From Methanobacteriota archaeon (GTDB lineage Archaea > Thermoplasmatota > Thermoplasmata > RBG-16-68-12), in contig VBLT01000120.1 in the NCBI GenBank assembly GCA_005878615.1, positions 1 to 62,946 of the forward strand: a DNA stretch of 62,946 bases, written 5' to 3'. The notes below the pieces were generated by a model. The model did not search any database. It was not told the DNA's origin and saw nothing but the letters and a program-made list of their open reading frames with translations. Shown in pieces: positions 57,670-62,946 of this stretch; positions within the stretch are counted from its first letter, which is position 1; every line of letters starts with the position of its first letter. A program made the position numbers and the translations under genes.

Positions 57670-58608
57670 TCAGCGGGAAAGAGGGTGGAGTTCGCCGTCC
57701 TGGGTGAGCAGGACGACCCGACTGTCCTCGCGTTCGGCGGCGATCTTGTAGTCCAGCCGCTCTCCCAGGCCCTCGGCGAAGGACCGGATCGACGCGTGGG
57801 TGGGGACGTTGTCCGCCTCGAGGCGGAGCCGGCTTTCTCCGACGAAGCTGTAGCCCTTGCACTCGATGAACATCGGTTTCGCGCGGCGGTCCAATTCGGC
57901 GTACTCGTCCTCCCACCCGAGGTTCCATCCCTCGACCAGCGTGTGGCGGATGACCGTCCGGGTCGGCAAGGTCGGCAGGAGGGCGAGCGTCTCCTTCAGT
58001 TTCTCCCATTCGTGGCCGGATTTGGGGACGACCAATTTCCGATAGATCGCCTCGTTCGGAGCCGCGACGGTCACATAGAGTTGCGTCGGAAGGCGGCCCT
58101 CCGAGTGCAGCCGTCGCAGGGCCGCTGGAGTCGTGCCGTTCGTCACGAGGAACGTCGACATGCGGCGACGTTGGAACTCATCGATCATCTCGCCGAGGCG
58201 ACGATACAGGGTCGGCTCTCCGGTCAGGCTGATGGCCACGTTCGTCGGATGCCACGCTTCGAGGAACCGCTCCCCCGAGACGTTCGGGTTGCCCTTGAAT
58301 CCGCTGAGGAGTTCCCGCTGGGCGCGGATCGAGTCCTCGACGATCATGGCGGGGTCATCCGCGAGCAAGAGGGAGTCGGAGCCCCACTCCTGGGTGCGCC
58401 AGCAGAATTGGCAGGCGAGGTTGCAGGCGTCGACGGTCGGCGTCATCTGGAGGCAACGATGGCTCTCGATGCCGTAGAAGGTCTGCTTGTAGCAACCGAC
58501 GCCCTTCGTCAGGCTGGCTTTCGTCCAGTGGCACAGCTTGACGCCACTGTGCTCTCCGACGATGCGATAGCCCTGCCGCTCCAGGACTTCCTGCTTCTCC
58601 GCATCCAT
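57670..58608 (-). CDS. taw1: 4-demethylwyosine synthase Taw1 (radical SAM)
   Basis: HSGVKLCHW, CYKQTFYGIESHRCLQMTP, CNLACQFCWR, SLTGEPT, VTNG. Confidence 0.95.
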   Translation of the reverse strand: MDAEKQEVLERQGYRIVGEHSGVKLCHWTKASLTKGVGCYKQTFYGIESHRCLQMTPTVDACNLACQFCWRTQEWGSDSLLLADDPAMIVEDSIRAQRELLSGFKGNPNVSGERFLEAWHPTNVAISLTGEPTLYRRLGEMIDEFQRRRMSTFLVTNGTTPAALRRLHSEGRLPTQLYVTVAAPNEAIYRKLVVPKSGHEWEKLKETLALLPTLPTRTVIRHTLVEGWNLGWEDEYAELDRRAKPMFIECKGYSFVGESRLRLEADNVPTHASIRSFAEGLGERLDYKIAAEREDSRVVLLTQDGELHPLSR

Positions 58609-58632
58609 TCGGCGGCGCATGCGGGGCGGAGG

Positions 58633-59190
58633 TTAAAGGGCTTTCGCGCTCGGCGACGACGGCCGGGCGACGCCGTTGCGCATCCCTCCCCGCAAGGAGA
58701 GGAGGTCGACTTCTCCCCGGTGAAGCTCGACCGGCCGGAACACATCGTCCTTCGCCAAGATCGACTCGAGCCGTTCCATCCCGTCTGCGAATCGCAGGTC
58801 GTGGATCTTGAGTCTCTTCCCCGCATGCATGAACGGGCGGGCGATGTTCGTGGTGAACGCGGCCTCGATCCACGTTCGGTCCACTCCGGACACGCCGCGG
58901 AACACCCACCAGGGATCGTAATGGACGAGGTGAGCAAGGTCTTCCAGCGGGACTGATTCGATCCGTCGGAGGTCCGCTTTCGATCCGGTCGAGTGCAAGC
59001 GCGATCCATCCCAGTTGATGGGCTCCGCGAAGATTCGAGGAGGGCTTCCCACGAGATCGAGGACCACGAAAGGCACCTTCCACGAAGCGTCGACGAATGG
59101 CAAAGTGTACTTGGTCAGGAGTTCGGAGTCGGCGAGGTCGAGCCGCCGGCCGACGATGGCGCGTTGGCGGATTCCCGACTCATGCGGCAT
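58633..59190 (-). CDS. Hypothetical protein
   Basis: 185-aa ORF overlapping the rfcL stop; YDPWW.FRG. Confidence 0.6.
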   Translation of the reverse strand: MPHESGIRQRAIVGRRLDLADSELLTKYTLPFVDASWKVPFVVLDLVGSPPRIFAEPINWDGSRLHSTGSKADLRRIESVPLEDLAHLVHYDPWWVFRGVSGVDRTWIEAAFTTNIARPFMHAGKRLKIHDLRFADGMERLESILAKDDVFRPVELHRGEVDLLSLRGGMRNGVARPSSPSAKAL

Positions 59191-60550
59191 CGGATTCGTC
59201 CTCGTCGAACGCGGGGAGCGAGCCCTCCTTCGACTCGGTGGCGCGAGACCCGGCGACGAGGGCCGCCTTCTCGAGGAGGTGCTTCACCGCGTGGCTCGAC
59301 TCGGGCTCTTCCATCAGGAGGGCGACCTCGGCGTCCTCGAGGCCGAGGGTGGCCGTGAGATTCACCCGCAGCTCCTCGTCGCCCTGAAACAGCATCCGGA
59401 TCGTCGGGAGGAGCTCGTCGAGGACGAGGGTCCGCGACACGTGCAGGTGGCGAGCGAGTTTCGTGGCGAGGGACGTCCGCGCCCCGCGCTGCGCCCGGGA
59501 GCGCGCCATCTGGATCAGGTAGTACGGGAACTCGAGCTGGCCGCCTCGACCGCGTCCCTTCCGCGCGGACGCGACCCCGCTCGACATCAGCTCCTTCGCG
59601 TAGGACCAGAGGCCGAAACTCTGTCGCCGACGGGCCCGCCCCAGGAAAACGTCTGCGCGGCTCAGCGCATCATACCCGCGGGCCAAGTCGTCGGGACGGC
59701 CGAACTCGTGGCCCAGGTTCTGATCGACCCATAAGATGAGGTCTTCCGGGGATTCGTCGAGTCCCGTCGCCGCGTCTTTCGCGCGCCGCGCATCTCCGGA
59801 CCGGAGGATCTCCTCGATCGCGGGGAAAATCGTGCGCTCTCGGTCGCGGTATCCGAGGGCCTTCGTGCCGGTGCCTCGAACGGTGTCTTTACCGATCGCG
59901 AGCGACTCGAGGTCGTTGATTGCGGACCGCAGATCTCCGGAGGACCGCTCGACAATCACATCGAGGACCTCCGAGGCCGCCTCGACGCCCTCCTCAGTGG
60001 CAATGGTCCGAAGTATGTTTTTCATGGCGTCATCGTGAATAGGTTGAAATTTGATGGTCTTGCTTAATCGCTTCAGGGAGGACGATCGTCGGGTGAGCCC
60101 GTAGTAGTCGTTCGCGATCAGGACGATCGGCTGCCCGCTGGTCTGGATCGTCTCGACAATCGCGCCGATCCCTCCGCGGTCCTCCCGGCCGAACACGTTG
60201 TCGGCCTCGTCGAGGACGATCAGCTTGCGGCCTCCTTGGTCCGCTCGGAGGAATTCGCCGGAATCGCTGAAGGTCTGCAGGACGGCCCCGCGCGTCGCGA
60301 CCTTCCGAATCGCCTCCGCGTTCCGGCTGTCCGAGGCGTTCATTTCGACGACGCTCCAGCCCATCTCCTTCGCGAGGGCGAGCGCGGCGCTGGTCTTCCC
60401 GATGCCGGGAAGGCCCTGCAAGATGACCGCTTTCTTGTCCGGTCGACCGCGCTGCCATGCGGCCGCCCACTTGCGGAGCTCGGCGACCGCGGTCGGATTC
60501 GCGACGATGTCGTCGAGGTCCTTCGGTCGGTGTCGCTCCGCCCAGTTCAT
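59180..60550 (-). CDS. rfcL: Replication factor C large subunit
   Basis: WAERHRPK, G.PGIGKTS, EMNASDSR, DEAD, GDLRSAINDL. Confidence 0.95.
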   Translation of the reverse strand: MNWAERHRPKDLDDIVANPTAVAELRKWAAAWQRGRPDKKAVILQGLPGIGKTSAALALAKEMGWSVVEMNASDSRNAEAIRKVATRGAVLQTFSDSGEFLRADQGGRKLIVLDEADNVFGREDRGGIGAIVETIQTSGQPIVLIANDYYGLTRRSSSLKRLSKTIKFQPIHDDAMKNILRTIATEEGVEAASEVLDVIVERSSGDLRSAINDLESLAIGKDTVRGTGTKALGYRDRERTIFPAIEEILRSGDARRAKDAATGLDESPEDLILWVDQNLGHEFGRPDDLARGYDALSRADVFLGRARRRQSFGLWSYAKELMSSGVASARKGRGRGGQLEFPYYLIQMARSRAQRGARTSLATKLARHLHVSRTLVLDELLPTIRMLFQGDEELRVNLTATLGLEDAEVALLMEEPESSHAVKHLLEKAALVAGSRATESKEGSLPAFDEDESDAA

Positions 60551-60636
60551 GCCCGCTCCGAGAATCGGACGCGCGGTCATAACCCTATCACCTACGTGGC
60601 GAAATCTTGCGATTTAGCACAAACATATGATTTGTA

Positions 60637-60678
60637 TAGCTGTTACAAAACCGAATAGGAATTTATATGTTACAGCTA
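60637..60678. repeat. Imperfect inverted repeat TAGCTGTTACA-N20-TGTTACAGCTA (att/res-like)
   Basis: 10/11 complementary arms, 42 bp in total, at the island boundary. Confidence 0.45.
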
Positions 60679-61326
60679 AACAGGCTTTTGATTGCCGATT
60701 TCTGTGCTTTGCACCGACTTCTCGACCGAATCGCAAAGCTCAGACAGGAATTGGTCGTAAGTTTTTCGAAACTTCAGCCGGTACAATCGATTCCGAGTCA
60801 CGGTCGACAACTGGATCGTCGTCAGGTCCCGGGTTTTCTGCGTGGGAGAGGTCTGCGCACTGATTGTCGGCATGGGCTTCACCGGACTAGGTTTTGTCAA
60901 ACCGGGCATTGCCCCCGTTTCCGTATACACTCGGTAGACCGAAGGTCTACGGATGCTTCCATCCAAGGCTGGGTCAATCCCTGGAGGATGAAGAATACAG
61001 CGCGGACTGCCGGGCTCAATTATCGCGTTGCAAGCCCTGCAGAGCAGCCGAAATCCTGATTCACCGCGGAGAATCTTGAAACTCAAGTCTGCGGAGTGAG
61101 TTTTGCGCGTCAGTCGACGCCCACCCCCGTTAATGTGGTCGAACTCCAGTCGGTTCGGCCCGTACACGTCGGTCCACCCGCAACAGGCACAACGGGGGGC
61201 GCCTTGAGACAACAGTATCATGGCTCTGATCCGCCGACGTCGTCTCGATTGCCGCTGCAGCGCACGATATGCATCTGGATGAGCCTTGCGCCAACGTTTC
61301 ACGGCTTCGGTCGACTTATATGGCAT
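60676..61326 (-). CDS. HNH-type endonuclease with C-terminal ribbon-helix-helix-like segment
   Basis: CACCG...LEFDHINGGG...LLCRACN; then TTIQLSTVTRNRLYRLK..KTYDQFLSEL. Confidence 0.7.
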   Translation of the reverse strand: MPYKSTEAVKRWRKAHPDAYRALQRQSRRRRRIRAMILLSQGAPRCACCGWTDVYGPNRLEFDHINGGGRRLTRKTHSADLSFKILRGESGFRLLCRACNAIIEPGSPRCILHPPGIDPALDGSIRRPSVYRVYTETGAMPGLTKPSPVKPMPTISAQTSPTQKTRDLTTIQLSTVTRNRLYRLKFRKTYDQFLSELCDSVEKSVQSTEIGNQKPV

Positions 61327-61486
61327 CGGACATTGGTTGGAGGACCGGAGCTCTATTTACATATCTCCGGGCTAGGCGAAGGTAATGCGCCCAGTTCATG
61401 GCGAACCAAGACGGAGCAGCGAACGGGTCGCGTTTATTGCGAACCTTTGGGCGTTTGTAGTTGCCATTCAACAACGGCTGGAACGG

Positions 61487-62215
61487 CTAGTCGACGTAGT
61501 CCTCGAGTCGAAGGTGCGGTGTTTCCGTTTTTCTTTGATCGGGTCGTCGGATTCTCCGTTGCATTTCATTTTGGACTCGGTTAAACGTGTCAATCTCGAT
61601 GAGCGGATCGTGCTTCCCTCGCTTGATTCCGCCGTTCAACCGCGAGAGTCCACAGTAGACCGGGTTGCTGAGGATATTCGCAATAGTCTGACTCGCCCAG
61701 GCTCGTCCAGTCTTCGTCCGGTACCCATCCCGATTTAGTTCTTGGCAAATTTTCGCGATACCTCGGCCTTCAAGATAGCGACGGAAAATCAAAGAAACCA
61801 CGCGGGCTTCTTCTTGCTTTACTTGGAGGATCCCGTTTACGTAGTCGTAGCCATACGGACTTGCATATGTGAGGAATGCATTTGCCTTCTTCACTGCATT
61901 GTTCAAAGCATCCGCGTTTTGTTGGCCACGAGCCCTTCGGATGACTTCACGTTCATTCAGGTCGCGCTCGATGCAGAGTTTGCGCAAGGCATCTTCTTCC
62001 GTTTCCGAATTGTAGTGCTGCAAGAGTTCTCGCGTAGAGCCAAATCGCATATAGATTTCCCAGAACAGTAAAGCGTCCGTTGGAGCACTGTCGACACAAT
62101 GCTTACAGAGGATGACCTTCTCTTTCCGAATTGTAGGATCCGCGCGCGGATTAGCTTCGACTTCATGGTTCACAAGGTTCTTTGAAACCCAGCAACGCCC
62201 GCACCGCCCCTCCAC
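61487..62215 (-). CDS. Recombinase DNA-binding-domain protein with N-terminal CxxC/H/CxxC (HNH-like) head
   Basis: CGRC...NH...LCKHC; PYGY...EARVV..IF.RY..G.G..KI..ELN..G..T..G..W....I..IL.NPVYCG...H.PLI. Confidence 0.8.
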   Translation of the reverse strand: MEGRCGRCWVSKNLVNHEVEANPRADPTIRKEKVILCKHCVDSAPTDALLFWEIYMRFGSTRELLQHYNSETEEDALRKLCIERDLNEREVIRRARGQQNADALNNAVKKANAFLTYASPYGYDYVNGILQVKQEEARVVSLIFRRYLEGRGIAKICQELNRDGYRTKTGRAWASQTIANILSNPVYCGLSRLNGGIKRGKHDPLIEIDTFNRVQNEMQRRIRRPDQRKTETPHLRLEDYVD

Positions 62216-62217
62216 CT

Positions 62218-62946
62218 TCAGGCCTCCAGCAAAACGGGGGGCGATTGAGCGTCCGTGTTCAGCGCGCGCGAACGCAGTCGTTCCTGGGTTTCGTTGTATT
62301 CGGCTACGGAGACGAGGGGTTCGTGCTCAGCTTTGCGGGTGAATTGGTCCCACCGCAAGAAGCCCGCATACACCGGATTGTGCAGAATCCGGTAGACTTT
62401 GAAGGCGGTCCAGGCGGTTTCCCGTTTCGTCCGAACTCCCGATGCATTCAAACCCGACGCTATTTCTTCCAGCGTCTCTCCCGCTGCACATCGCTCGAAG
62501 ATCTCACAGACGACCGCGGCTTCGCGATCGTTTCGAACGAGTCGGCCCTCCGAGATGTCGTACCCGAGAGGGGCGTGGAATCCCAGGATCCCGGGGCCCT
62601 CCTTGGCCTTCTGCGACATCCCCATCTTGACTCGCTCCCCGATCTGCTCGGACTCGAGCTGCGCGATCCTCTGGATGATGTCCATCACGAAGCGGCCCAT
62701 CGCGGTGGACGTGTCGAGGGACTCCGTGGCGGACACGAAGTCCTTCTCCCATTCGCCCAATTGATCCATCATCTCCATGAAGTTCCGCGCGTTTCGATGG
62801 ATCCGGTCCATCTTGATCACGAGGATCGCGTCCCACCGATCACGTTCCTCGAACATGCGTTGATACGCGGGCCGGCGGGTGTTGCGGCCGGAGTGCCCAT
62901 CGTCCACATACAGGGCCGCGACCTCCCAGCCCCGGGCCAGACAGTA
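62218..62946 (-). CDS. Serine recombinase (resolvase plus recombinase domain), 5' end outside the window
   Basis: YC..RGWEV..LYVDDGHSG....RP, KMDRIHRN, E.LDTSTAMGRF, AQLESEQIGER, PLGY, ILHNPVYAG. Confidence 0.92.
   Translation of the reverse strand, partial: YCLARGWEVAALYVDDGHSGRNTRRPAYQRMFEERDRWDAILVIKMDRIHRNARNFMEMMDQLGEWEKDFVSATESLDTSTAMGRFVMDIIQRIAQLESEQIGERVKMGMSQKAKEGPGILGFHAPLGYDISEGRLVRNDREAAVVCEIFERCAAGETLEEIASGLNASGVRTKRETAWTAFKVYRILHNPVYAGFLRWDQFTRKAEHEPLVSVAEYNETQERLRSRALNTDAQSPPVLLEA

Larger units (their letters stand above)
60590..62946. mobile_element. Putative integrated element, truncated by the window end
   Basis: Abrupt drop in GC upstream of rfcL; serine recombinase, recombinase-domain and HNH genes. 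Confidence 0.55.

Noticed and set aside
1..62946. CRISPR arrays, rRNA genes, IS elements, inteins
   Set aside because: No regularly spaced repeats, rRNA signatures, transposase motifs or intein-sized insertions were seen by eye

Overview
High-GC archaeal chromosome segment, most consistent with class Thermoplasmata (membrane-anchored LonB, DUF6015-like protein, long-form PdxS, archaeal ribosomal protein set). Most of it is housekeeping: rpoK-eno-rps2-MEMO1; rpl7ae-rps28e-rpl24e-ndk and infB; the S10/spc-like cluster from rpl3 to secY; tRNA-His, ileS, argF, nadM, lonB, pdxS, taw1 and rfcL. The main points of interest are: (1) three tandem Rab-like small GTPase genes, each with a copy of the same 16-bp palindrome (TTATC-N6-GATAA) just upstream of its TATA box, suggesting a co-regulated GTPase module; (2) IleRS fused in frame to HhH, six CxxC zinc knuckles and a DUF835-like (KaiC/RecA-fold) domain; (3) an AT-richer island at the right end with a serine recombinase, a catalytic-domain-less recombinase DNA-binding protein with an HNH-like Zn head, an HNH-RHH protein and an att-like inverted repeat; (4) a TrpY/trpB2 divergon with TRP-box-like repeats; (5) a k-turn covering the rpl7ae Shine-Dalgarno (SD) and a structured rpl3 leader; (6) an AcnX small subunit-Nudix fusion; (7) small Cys-rich ORFs, probable CTG/ATC starts, and three apparent internal deletions (rps3, AcnX large subunit, HTH-V4R) that may be assembly artefacts. 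All family assignments come from motif recognition by eye; no database searches were run.
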